From Schmidtea polychroa (taxonomy: Eukaryota): a stretch of 64,000 bases of DNA. Position numbers and translations under genes: made by a program. Below the pieces are notes generated by a model that had not been told where the DNA came from, did no database searches, and was given only the letters and a program-made list of their open reading frames with translations. The stretch is taken from positions 97,132,397-97,196,396 of the forward strand of contig CM097887.1 in NCBI GenBank assembly GCA_044892525.1, read 5' to 3'. Positions 1 through 13,266 of the stretch are shown piece after piece; position 1 is the stretch's first letter, and each line of letters opens with the position of its first letter.

Positions 1-213
1 ACCCTTAAATTAAATATGTTTTTTGGTTCTGAAAAAATCGTAAATTATAAAAAATTAATTTAACCAAAATATATAATAAATTTTTAATAATTAAAATATA
101 AAGTTAACATAATCAAATTAACTAAAAACAATAAACATTCTTAAATTAAAGGTGAAAGTTTAATTATAATTATAAAATTGTATTTTATTCATATTTTATT
201 TTATACCATCTAG

Positions 214-845
214 ACTAGTTCTCTTGAATGCTTTAAAATTATTGGCATCTCTTTATTTCCGCGATAATAAAGAAACTGCAGGGAACATCATTGAAGAATG
301 GCTTATCTGGGCTGGTCGAGCTGTAAGTAATTTATAAACAATTTTCGACAAATATTTATTTTATGCAATATTATAAGTTATGCGTTGTTTGTTGTCCAGT
401 GCTTGTTTTATGCATGTATATTAATATGTCTGTCAATAATAATTTTACAGATCGATAATTTAGTATTTCATGTTAATTAAATTTATAAATTTATTAGCTT
501 AGTAAATATGAAAAGGATATAAAATGGATATCATATGAAAGTTCACTTACACAAAGTGATCTCTATACATCTAGTCTAAATGATAAATCACAAACGTTTT
601 GGTATCGAACACCAAGTCCGAGTAAACGGTCAACATCTAACCTATCGAGCCAGAAAGCTCTACAAAAATCTTCGTTTTTATTGTTAGATTCCTCATCCTC
701 TACTAATTCAAATGTAGATAGTTCATCAAATTTACTCAGGTTATCAGAATATTCGAGGAATTCCAATTTGCCGATTAAATCCAAGTTACCGATGCATTTA
801 TCTCCATATTTATATAAAACTCCTATTACAATCATTGAATCAAAG
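214..845 (+). CDS. Internal exons of an unidentified spliced host gene (partial; 5' end lies left of the window)
   Basis: Frame-consistent GT-AG exons 214-322, 451-462 (12-nt micro-exon) and 498-845, with 128-nt and 35-nt introns. Translation: LVLLNALKLLASLYFRDNKETAGNIIEEWLIWAGRA/IDNL/LSKYEKDIKWISYESS...TPITIIESK, with a Ser-rich C-terminal part. Family not recognised. Confidence 0.6.
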
Positions 846-982
846 GTTTGTTTTTGTTTTTATATAAATAAAATTAATAAATTACAATAGTTTTACTGAC
901 GGTTATTTTGTTAACTTACTTTATAAATTTATTTAAAATTCATTTCTATCTTTGAAAAGTTTTTATATGTAAATAAAATATA

Positions 983-1527
983 CAGTGGAATCTGGTTATC
1001 GTTGCCTCGTTTGCCTCAATACATTTTGGTCATGTTAGCCCGCGGCCTCTGTTAAACGAAGTAAAGCTAACCGATATACCAAACTCCATAAATATAAATT
1101 AAGCATGTCATTTTCCTGCGTACTGTTTTCAATGAGATAACCGAGTAATATCCTGTATGCATGATACATATAATAACGATTAGCTGAAACAATGCTTTCT
1201 TTTATAGCCATGAACTGTATAGAATTTTAATAAAACCGGTACATTAAACTATAGAGACAAACCGCAGTATTTGGTACAAAATAAATAAGTTTTTTCCTCA
1301 TTGATATCTAAAATAGTAATTTTTCTCATTGAAATTATACTTTCGTTTTTGATATACCATACTAAGTATCACTTGCCCATGCTGAGTGACCACCTTAACC
1401 GAACTTTGCCTATGTTAGGCGACTTTTCTAGATATGGGAAAAACCTATTTGTTCGATACTTGAATGATTTTGTCACGTTAAATGGCTGCCAGGTCTAAGC
1501 GGTGGCCCAGTTAACCGAATTTCACTG
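983..1527. mobile_element. pogo/Tigger-type (Tc1/mariner superfamily) MITE
   Basis: TA|CAGTGGAATCTGGTTATC ... GTTAACCGAATTTCACTG|TA: imperfect ~18-bp TIRs starting CAGTG, TA target duplication, no coding capacity. Confidence 0.7.
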
Positions 1528-4500
1528 TATTAAATTTTGTGTGTGGAGGACAATCATGTCCTAAGGATCGACAAAGTTTTGTTGATAAAAGACAACCGAG
1601 TGCGCGCATATTCCCTAGCGAATCATGGGGGTGTTAGTATAGGGATCCCAGACATCCGAACCAATGTGTAATGTAGTATGTGTGCAACAATCTAACGGTG
1701 CCTAGACAATCACTGCAAACAATGTTTAGTAGTATCTATTTCTGGTAGTAGAGACGAAAAATTCCAAATTTCCGCACTAATCTGATGATCGGTCAACATC
1801 TGTATAACTAGGACAGCTTCTTTTGTCGCTCGCGGTCAACCAGCCATTTGTTTGTTGGTTAGTGATTACTTTTAAAAAATAATTGAAAAAACTGGTTAAA
1901 ATAAATTGGAGCGTTAAACTAGACGATTACCATAGTAAACTCTCAGTAAAAAATAAATTAATTATTAGTTTTATATTATTAAAAGTTAATTTTGAAATTA
2001 TTTTGAAATTCTATTAGAATAATAAAACAAAACAAAATACAACAGTCCAAAACCTGTTCATCCAAAACCATAAATCTAGATGCAACATTATCTAAGACAG
2101 GGTTCTCGGATTCTAATAATCAGTAGTGAAGATGTACCAGAAAATATAAGAGTCTCATTTCTAATCTTTGAATATTTTTGCAAATTCGACTCTTGGTTAA
2201 AATTAATTAGTAGTTAAAATGGTATTTTTAGCTATTAAACTTAAACTATATTTTCTTATAAGTTTTTTGGATGGAACTTACAGATTTTTCTCGAATAAGA
2301 TGTTATATTGGGTTGGAATAGTCGAGACTGATAATGACGTGTTCTTTTATAAAAAAATGATGCCAGTTCATTAAAGATCGGAATTGGAACCATTAGAGAA
2401 CTCTTTTCACAATTTCCTTTGGCATTTCTTTTTGGCATCATTTCATTGTACTCAGTAGTCGATTCTTTCTTAATTTGATTCAATGCCATACTAGCTATTT
2501 GATATTTCTAATTTTTATGAGGATAAAATTGCGGGGCTGTAAAATATAATCTAAAGTATAATTTCGAATTACTTATTTTAATTTTGATTTTTCTTGAAAA
2601 TCTTCATTGGTTTCACCCTTAAATTTGTTTTTTAGTAATGACTAAATATTTATTAAATTGCTAGTTTCCTAAGAAATATGGTGTCCAAAATTCTTTTCGG
2701 TAATATTTGCTGCTGCGCTCTTGCTGCTATTTGTGTTATTCATTGTATTGCTTTATTATAAAAATTTTCATGCCTAAATGCAATTTTAACTGGCGTCTTA
2801 TGAAAGAAATTTAATATTAACCTATATATATTTCAGAAATAGACTTTATTAAATCTGTCAAAAATTCATGTAACGTTTGATGTTGTCTTGCATGTTGTGA
2901 AAATATATTAAAGTTCATGTTGCATGTATCGTTTTGACATTGCGACCTAGAAAGCTACTATTCGGTTATTTGATATTAAATATTTTTAGGCGAAATATGA
3001 ATCTGAAAAAGGCAACGTCTATGACAACATTGACAGATGTTAAAAACAAAGTAGGTTATTTTCATAATACATAGGTGAATAATTTGCCAGACAGTTTTGT
3101 TATCTTATTTATAAAGTATTTAACATAATAATAAAATAATGAAATAAAATCCTGAAGCAAATAAAACCATTGAAAGTTCATTTTTATTATTAGCCTTTTC
3201 AGCCCGAAAACCGTATATTTCCATAAACATTTTTTTGATTAATTGATGAAGACCGTTTATTCGAGTTTATTGTATTTAGACACCGAACACAATATGCTAC
3301 TGTTTAATGCATAAAATATGTTTATTATAACCAATGATTAAGTTTAAACCTCCACATATCTCAAATTTAATAATACATTTGTCAGTCTATTTGTTAAGTC
3401 TTTGTAAGGCTCATCTTTGTATAATTCCCTGTTTTGAAATTTATCTCTGTAAACGTAATTACTAATAAAAAATTAACGGAGGACGAGACATCATTGAGTC
3501 TTTGTTTTCCATACAGTGCAATGCATATCTCCCGGAAAATGTCTCAGTGAGTTTTTGTATGTAAAAGATGCTATCAAGACTGACTTAACTACGAGAATCA
3601 TCGACTCTCACTAACACTGTGCACTGGTCATTCACTTTATAGCCCTGAATTGGGTCTAAGCGTATTTCCTTGTTTAATCAATTGAAGGAACATTTGTGAA
3701 AGCAGAATTGAGTCTAACAAGGATCTCATAAGACTAGTGCAAGATTTCCTCAATGAAAAGAATGATATTTTCCTCGAAAATGGTCTCTTTTTACTGCTAA
3801 ATTGGTGGTTGAAGTGTCTGAAAGCAGAAGGTCGTTACATAGAAAATGAATCTGCGTTTATTTATATAGTTCATTTGTTGTAAATAAAAATTTTCATTAC
3901 AGTACAATCTAAGGACATTTTGTACACACCACATAATTAATAATAAAATAAAACACGAATATATTTCAATGATTATTAAGTTAACGGTTTTCCCGTTCGT
4001 CCTGAGTTAACTCGTCCAATATAAATAAATGGCCGTAACAGTTTTAAAACTATCGGAGTTGAATATTAATATCGTGTAAATAAGAGTAAGGTTTAGGGCA
4101 TTCTAAAGCTAATGTATTCAATTCAACTGTAAGGATTTTATGATCAGCAATCGCTGTCAGTGGATTGTTCAACTGTTGATAAACTGGAAGAGTATGTTGT
4201 AAAGCTGTAAATTTGATAAATAGCCTCTTAGATAAACTTGTTGCAAGAGTGCTAGGGAATTGAAATAAAATGTCTTCAAATACTAATTATTTTTATAATA
4301 ATAGTATTTTGATGAATAGTTATCCTCATACCTTAATTCAACCCTTAATTATTCATATAAGATTTGTTCTGTAGAAATTAAAGTTATTAAATATTTCAAA
4401 ATATCTGTGATTATGAAAAGTCAAAATTTTTTATTAGAATTTATATTTTTGTGTAAAAATCGACTGCTTTAAAATTTTACAAATAATAAAGATTGTCTTA

Positions 4501-5649
4501 ATTATTTTGAAGAATTTTATTTTTAATTATTTTGAATTAAATTAAATTAATTTAATCTATTTATTTGTAGATATAGATAGATCCTTGTGCAAGCGTATAT
4601 TGTATGATACGTCGATTTTCTTCAAAAATTTCGTAACAATAAATTTTAAGTTGAATTCATTTTTTAATAAAATTTTATATTACAATTTTATTATATAAAT
4701 ATTTTGTGGCAATTATTATGTTCTACCTTTTTCGTTTTTTTCCAAATAAATTACCGTATTTTCCCGCGCATATTCCGCAGGTGGGTATAATCTGCAAATT
4801 TTAATCAAATCAGACATATTTGTTAGGTGCCCATAGGTGGATTCCAAAGGCGATTAGTTGATAAAACTATTGATGACGAGGGTAAGACAATAATAAAAAC
4901 TTTTTTATGACACAAAAAAATAAAATAATCAAAGGTAACGAAAATTTTCTATTATAATGAAATCTTAAAATTAATTTTTATTACCATCTTTGCATAGTTG
5001 TAGCTTTTTTCATAAGATGTTAACGCTATACACAAGGATGCAATCAAATGATCATTTGTTAAAAAGTGAACGGTGTTTCTTTATTTCGAATTGTATGCGT
5101 GTATCAATACCAAGATCCCGATATTTATTAAATTAAATCGGGTTTAAACTCTAAACAGTGAAATAAAACTGCGGTCGATGCTATGGTCACCTATATTATA
5201 ATCCGCACCTGCATGTAAGGTTCATAAAGTATGATATAGCCCGCTGATTATATGCGGTAATAGTTTTCTTCTGTGTCGTTTGGTTTAGCTTAGCAGTGCC
5301 CAACGTGCGGCACTTTTGAATTTTACAAAAGAAATGTATGTAACTAATAAAATATAAAATACTAAAACTGCTCATAAAGTTTATATGCAATTTTACAATT
5401 TAATTTTTTTATTTTACACAAGTACCACTCGTATATACATTTACATGAGTCCATTATACATATTTTAGCGACTATTTTTTTCTTATGCTCAACTTTTTGC
5501 ATTTTGCATATATATTATATACTGTATTTTTCATTTTCATAATGAAACTAAATTTTTAAATGTATTTGAATTTCTTATGCTTTCCTACATAAAATTGATC
5601 ATGCGGCCCATGTGCTGCAATAGGTTAAACACCCACGGTTTCGCTAATA

Positions 5650-6608
5650 CACCTAACCGCGAAATATAACATTATCTATAATCTAAAAAAAAAAATCAAT
5701 AAATATATATTATAGGAACACACAAACTTACCTGTGTGTAGAAATTTAATGCCGCGAAATTTAACATATTTATTATAGGAATCTAAAAAGTGAGAGAAAA
5801 TAATTAAGTATACAAGCACAGCACACATAATGAAAAATACATACAAAATTAAGTAAAGTGTTTTTCATGCGAAATTCAGATTGATTAACATATAATTAAC
5901 ATATCAATATTTTAAAATTATTTAAAAAATTATGTACAAAAAAACTTTTGAATCAGATTCCGACTGCTTTACGTTGAGCTTTAGGGAAAAAGAAGTAAAT
6001 ACATCGTAAGATTTAATTATAAAATAATTTAGAATATAAAATTTCTTTAGATTTACAGATATTGAAGAAGATCCTTCGACATCTTTGAATTTGCAGGAAA
6101 AACATCGCAAATCGTAAATTTTAATAAATTAAATCATAGAATTACAGAAATAGACAAAATTCGAAAGAAGATTACAAAAACTTAAAATATATTTTATCCA
6201 TTCTTTACTAAATGTCTTTAAAAAATAAATGTTTAGTGATTACTTTACATATTTATAATTATAAAAATATCTAACTTACATTTTTACGAAATAAATCCAA
6301 ATAAATCCAAATAAAATACCATAAAATTCCTAAAACACCTGAAATTTAATTATCAATGTTATATATTATCAATATTATAAAGGCTGACTAACAGTAATAT
6401 TTAAGAACTTGAATAATGATCTCATAATTATATAAAATCAAAATTCAAGTCCTAAAAATTACTTCAATGCAAAAACTTACCTTTAAACGATTTTTGGAAA
6501 ATTGAATAAATGAAATTAAGTTAACATTGTCATATAATTGGTGACTCACCTCAGGTGGTGTGCACACCAACTTATATTATAGACAATGTTAACTTTCGCG
6601 GTTAGGTG
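5650..6608. mobile_element. TA-flanked non-autonomous TIR element (Tc1/mariner-like) with internal TIR-like repeats
   Basis: 33-bp TIRs CACCTAACCGCGAAATATAACATTATCTATAAT (5650-5682) and the inverted copy at 6576-6608 (3 mismatches); TA on both sides; partial TIR copies at 5752-5767 and 6518-6536. Confidence 0.75.
5932..6211 (+). CDS. Possible 66-aa spliced ORF inside the TIR element
   Basis: Exons 5932-6005, 6051-6113 and 6148-6211 joined by 45-nt and 34-nt GT-AG introns keep the frame: MYKKTFESDSDCFTLSFREKEVNTSFTDIEEDPSTSLNLQEKHRKSNRQNSKEDYKNLKYILSILY*. Confidence 0.35.
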
Positions 6609-8910
6609 TACTAATTGCTTATATTTGTAGTGATCGTGAAATTGGTACATACTTTTATCCTGTATAAATTTTAAAAAGTTAATTTTAAAGCACTTTGTTT
6701 TGTTTTAAATTAATAATTTGTAAACAAATATCGAATTTATTTAGCTTCTTCGCGACTATGGAAGACGTGTCCTTACGTTAAATCTTGATCGTTTACGTAA
6801 ACGAATATTATTTAAATTTTCACATGCAAACTTTTAATTTGGAAAATATTTTTGTTCTTTAATTTTATTACTAACACCCCTGGATAAACGTCATCTGCTA
6901 AAAAAAAGGTCATGATCCTGGAAGAGTTAAAATTATGTATGGAAACTGCGTTTAGCCAATGTATTTGGTTATTCATTCAATAAAGTTGAGTTCAATTAAA
7001 ATATTCAATTTAATAAATGTATTAAAAAAATTGACGTAGGTAATGAGATGACCCTTGTGTTGGGAAACTGTTGATATATTTTTTAAAATGTATTTTTTAG
7101 TGTGATATTGCGTGGTTGAGTGATTTTAATAAACATTTTAATAATCACTGCTTAATTCATCGGTAAATAATTCCGTGCGTGTCACTCTAATTAAAGGTGA
7201 AAGAATGATTTTTAAACACTAAGGTTAATATTTTTAATAGTTGTCAGCTAACAGTGTTCAATATTTAATATTTTAGTTAAAGTTTGTGAGCATTTTATTG
7301 AGAAAGGATGAAATAATCAACAAATAATATTTTCTAATAAACACAATCAAAACATATGACTAATTACCAAATTTTTAAGCTACTATTTTCCAATGATTGA
7401 GTTACAGGTCCCATAAATATGATCCGCAAACAGTGTGAGCGAAATCTATTAAAACTTTACCTAAATGCTTCAAATACCAACCTATGTAAAGAGTTCCAGG
7501 AATATTAACCAGCAAAATTAAAACTTTAATTAATAAATTCGATTTGACATTTAGACGTTAATTTTCTTTTCTCTTTGAATCGAATGACATGAGTATACCT
7601 GAGCTAAATAACGCAATTTCCACGAATGGAAAATTCCATAATAAATTCCTTTTGTGCTTCGTACGATCTTTGAGTTTGAGCGCGTGTGTGTGTGTAGACT
7701 GAATTTATCGAGTTTTTTCTGTGTCTGTGTCTGCAGATGTGTGTTATGAGTGTGTAAATTTGATTTCATTGTGTGATTCTTGTGTAATTCGTCAATTAAT
7801 AACAGAAACTTTAGTGAATAATGAGAAGATAAAAAAATGAGGTGTAATATGAAATATTCTTTTAGTGATCCAATAATTGACTCGTTGAACAAAGATAATA
7901 TTATTCTGAATTCACCGAGAAAGAGAGTGAGAAGCGGTCGGCGAATTGTTTCGATTCACAATGGACAAGTTAAATCTAGTGAACACAAATCTAAGAGTCT
8001 TATAGTAATTATATGTCATATAAAGTGAAGCTACAGCTATACTATAAAATTTAAATAGACAAAAAACGATTAAAAGTGGAATATTATGCTTTTTAGTCAA
8101 TACAGTTGTTAAAATGAATCTAAAAAGGATAAAAATTTTCCCGAAGAGCTTCAACCGTACGCATTTTCAGAGTGATACACAATGCTAACGTGCCTTCGAT
8201 ACAAGCATACCTTAGATGAAATATGATTCGACCTATCAAACCAAGTAACCTATCTTTCAAAAAATTAGTTTTATTTACATTTCAAAGACTTAAGGGGTGG
8301 TATTACAAGTTATTTAAATTCTTGAGTAAGGAAAATTCAGTGAATAATCAGAGTGATTTAGTTGGTTTTGCTTAAATCTTCTTTTCTACATATTTAACTC
8401 ATTTCCATTTACAATTTTTTCATCTTCATTTCTTTCCGGCCATAGATAATACACTGTTTTTCTATAAAACTGTTACTTTTATTAAAATTTGGGAGATCCG
8501 ATTGAACTGGTTGAACTAAATTAATAATATTTTGAACTTGAGAAATTTCATTTAATTTTAGCTTTCATCTGAAGAATCCATAGATTTATATATTATATAA
8601 TATCTAGCCTATTGGTGATGCATTTAACATTTAAATATTCGATACTGCCTTTTCAAGTGTACTTCTAAAAATGCACGAACAGAACAAAACTTATTCAATT
8701 AAGTACAAATACTCAAACGAATTCAATTTATTTCAATATTCTTTATGATATTTTTATCTTTTTAAATAATAAAACTAAGAAAATCTACAAAATAATGTAT
8801 TGAAACATGTCTATTCGCAAAACAACTAAAATGCGACTCAAGCGTATACACTCGTTGAAATTCCCTCTTTGAGTACTGGCAAGAATGTATATATGTATTT
8901 GGTCTCAGAT

Positions 8911-11900
8911 CTACAACTGTTGAATACAAAGATGGGGCATAGTTTTATATACGATTAATTTAAACAACCATTTTGGACAGAAAGATATTATTTCCTGTCC
9001 CGAGAGTAAATCCGCGAAAACTTTATCACAATCACTGATATTATCCGTATTGAAATACTGTTTGATTATCGGTTTTAAAAGGTGATTTGTTACAATAGAT
9101 TGTACGTTGATTTGTTTGTCAAGTAACTTTGACAAAAACTTTGGGTCTGATATGGGATAGTTTTGTTTTAATTGTTTTGACGATTGAGGAAATGATTTCT
9201 TGTTTGATTTATTAGTAGGAGATATATTTGAATCCAACGTCATTTTTGAATTACAATACGTTTTTAACACTTCAATATATCTGTGGCGTAAAGAATACAC
9301 AAGACTGGCATCTTCAAGTTGTTTACTCTCTGAAAAATAAAACATAAATTCATTTCGATATTTCAAGCCAAATATTTCTTAATTAAATTCTGTTTTAAAA
9401 TTAAATAAAAATAACATTAGAAAAATGTCACGAGCCAGATTTAACTTTATTCATAAGATGTTTCAAAAATATATTATTTAAACAAAAATAATATTCCAAT
9501 ATGATATATTTGGAGAATTTAACTAAATATAAATTATTCCATACAATGTAATTAAACAATTTCAACATGCCACAAGCATACGAATATATAAAAATATTCT
9601 TAAAGCTGAAATGTTGCCATTAATTTGAATACCCCTGTAACAAGATAATTGATGGATTTATAATCAAATTTTCTATCCATCAGTTCTGGAAATCCGTTAG
9701 ATACGACTAATCGGCGGAATAATAATTATTTATCCCATGTAATNNNNNNNNNNNNNNNNNNNNNNNNNNNNNNNNNNNNNNNNNNNNNNNNNNNNNNNNN
9801 NNNNNNNNNNNNNNNNNNNNNNNNNNNNNNNNNNNNNNNNNNNNNNNNNNNNNNNNNNNNNNNNNNNNNNNNNNNNNNNNNNAAATATTAAAATAATTAA
9901 ATACCTTCTGAATCAATCTCTACTTTAAGTAGAGTAACAGCCAATATTCCGTTAACAATTTCTTTATCATTATTATGCAAAAATGTTAATTGAGTAGACA
10001 ATTCCTGAGTTTGGACAGACCACGAAGAAAAAATTGATCGAGACAAAAAAGATTTTGTCAAAATACATCCATTATCAAGGATAATAGCCCCTCTTGTGGA
10101 ATCCTGCAACGTTTTTGAAGTTGTCAGATAGTCACTGAATAATCTTAAATATATGCGAAATTTCAATAATATAATGATAGGCAATAAAAGAAATGAAAAT
10201 ACAATTTATTAGTTACTTATTATTTGTAATAAAATATATTTTTAAAATAATCGGTTTAATTTTAATACAAAAATAAAAAAATTGTATATTTTTTTGTCGA
10301 AGATTCCGATAAATATGGAAAAGGGTTGCGGATTTTATCAAACGTTTTAACGATGGAAGTTCGTGAGGTTTCGTAGATATTCATAATTGCAAGTTAATAA
10401 CATTAATAACGTTGTCAGGGACACTTTGGGCACCAAAAGGAAACGATAATCAATGTTGCATAATTATACGCTGTCTCTCAAGGAATTAGTCTACCCTGGT
10501 TCGATTTATAGATATAGTAAGTGTTAAGAAGCGATCCGTTTTTGTAATAATATTGCATTTCATTCAAGTTTAAATAGCGACACTTTTACTTTAATGATGT
10601 ACTTTGGTATAGAGTGGAGGAGATTCCACAATTTTGTTAACTTTGAGATACGTCTGATCAATGCGACATTCGTTATGCCAATCATATTACCGTCGTTATT
10701 CATATGTTTATCCAATTAAACGGTGTGGTCTATGATGTCAACTTTTTTGACCAATGTGGAAGTTTGTGGTCACCAAGCATAATAGTGACATACAGAGAAT
10801 GAAAAGGATTCAAAGATATTTTATTTTAATATAACACAGTATTGAGTAATTTTGTTAAAGAAAATAAGTATTCACCACTAGATATGTTTACAGGTAGATG
10901 TTTAAAAAAATGAAATCTTTAAAGAAAAACGGTCGAATTAGTTTTAATAATGAGTGACTAGGCAACTTTCGAACGTTACTGAATTTTTAAACTTATATTT
11001 TTCGTTTCACACATCACCAGTTCCAAAATACAGTATCGGAATATTAGAATAGGCAGCAAGATGTTTAAATGTTAAAATTTTAAATAATAAAAAAGTGAAA
11101 TATTAGGTTTAAAACGGAAAATTTTGCCTTTTCCAGTAGAGGATCTTTCAGTAAAATTAATTATCTTTCGCTTATTTAAATTTTTGAATATTATACATGA
11201 AAACTGTCCATAACTAAGTTGCAAGCGCTAATAAAAACACAAGAATTCGTAAAGTTTGTCTCACTCTTAGTTCGTAAATAAAATTAATTTAATTAAATAA
11301 TTTAATTCAATTTTTAATATACTTCACTTTTTTATTAAATAGAGAATTTAATATATTCATCATTTAACATCAGAAAAGCTAAGGGATAATCAATTAAAAA
11401 TTTAAAAATTTAAAAATTATTAAAAATTGTTTTAATCATTTCAAATCATTTCAATCCATAATATTTCCAAATTACCAAAATTTCTTTTTCAGCACCAATA
11501 TTTACTGCAGATTAAAATATTATTGTAATTTTACGTTGCAAAAGAAATTCATAACAATCATTAAGTAATTAAATTTGATTTTGAAAATTATTTCGTCAGA
11601 AAAGAACAAATTATTTTTAGACGATTTTGTGAATATCTATTACATAATTAAATTTATAATTAAATGCAAAGAATCTCAAATATTTGAAGAAAACGAAAAT
11701 AAATAAACTACCTCAATGCTGCTCGAAGCGTTATAAACTCCAGTCCATTTAAAACCAAAATGAGTGTTTGGTCTCTTTTTGATAAAGTATTGAAACCAAT
11801 AATTTTTTCAGCGAATTGTTTCACCACTTTCAAGGATTCATGAAGTTCATTCGTCACATACGATAAAATATCATCAGATTTAATTTTCTTTTGAAATCTT

Positions 11901-12488
11901 TCAATTGAATGCAATTCTTTAAGGGTTAACTATTTTGTTATTTTTAAATTTAAGCGACATTTCCCAGTTTATTACCTTTTCTAAGCCCCTTGGTTCCGAA
12001 ATTTCAACTGCTGCTTTTATGGTGGAAAGCAAATTGACAACTGTATAAACCGATTGGGCACCACTGTTTTTCATTTTCACTTTTGAAGACAGTCTCCCTC
12101 GCCGACCTTTCAGACTTTCTTTTCTGACAACTAATTATGCATCACAAATAAATTATCAATAGGACATATTAATATATATATATATATATTTCAAATTTTG
12201 GGAATTTTATCAAATGTTGTTTAGATGTAAAAAAAGATTTGTTTATCCTTATAAATCTGGGAAAACATTATACAGTAAGGATTTATTAAACATTTGTCCA
12301 TCAATAAACATTAGAGGATTTAAATAATTCTTAGGAGGATACAGTAAAATTTCAATTATCTGTTGGATACACATTTACATTTAGAACAAAAATGGACAAA
12401 AGTTAAAATAAAAGAATTATATATTGGGAAAACTTTGAATTTAAAAAAGTATTTAGAAAAATATTTTCTTTTTACAAAAACTTTTGTT

Positions 12489-12574
<86 letters not shown>

Positions 12575-13197
12575 TATTTTGCTGCAATAAAATTTATTTC
12601 GGTACATTTCACTTATTGTTTTTTTCATTAAAAATTTCATTTTATCATAGAATTTCAAAATTTTTTGATTGCACTCTGGACCGCCGTAAAATAATTTGAA
12701 ATTCCCCGATTTACACTGTAGATTGATTCCGTAGAAAACCATGTAAATCGAAATTAGTATTTTGTATGAAAATCGTGTAAATTGAAACAATTTTATAAAA
12801 TTCTTAATTTAACACTAGAACTACCAGACCAATCAAAATGACTGGTTTTACTTTTTATCATTAATTCATCATCAATTTTTTATTTTTTTTATGAATTATA
12901 TTATGACTTTTCTAGTGATACATATATGTTTATTATAATGAATTTTATTTTGCGTTTGCTTAATTATAGAAAGTTTTTTTTATTTCGGCTACTAGTTCTA
13001 CTGTTAATATATGATACTGATATTTTTTTAAATGTAGATATTCAAAATATTTTGTTGTAAAGATGAATTCACATTTTGATCTGTTTTATATTTATATTTT
13101 ACATTGTATATGATGATGTGGTTTAATATATCTTCATGATTAATAGAGGAAGATATAGATTCAATAAAATTCTTCAAATAATAAAAATAGCAACAAT

Positions 13198-13266
<69 letters not shown>

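Noticed and set aside
2256-2790. ORF 2256-2489 and nearby exon-like segments on both strands
   Set aside because: Could not build a phase-consistent model on either strand.
3440-3870. Possible Buster-like transposase relic (FSIQC, HC..IH..AL-like words)
   Set aside because: Too degenerate and in mixed frames; no TIR or TSD found.
4753-5260. Possible pogo-like element starting CCGTATTTTCCCGCG
   Set aside because: No convincing matching right TIR.
5945-5970. Shared peptide word (F/Y)E(S/N)DSDC in the two small spliced ORFs (5932 and 55687)
   Set aside because: Different codons and no similarity outside six residues; likely coincidence.
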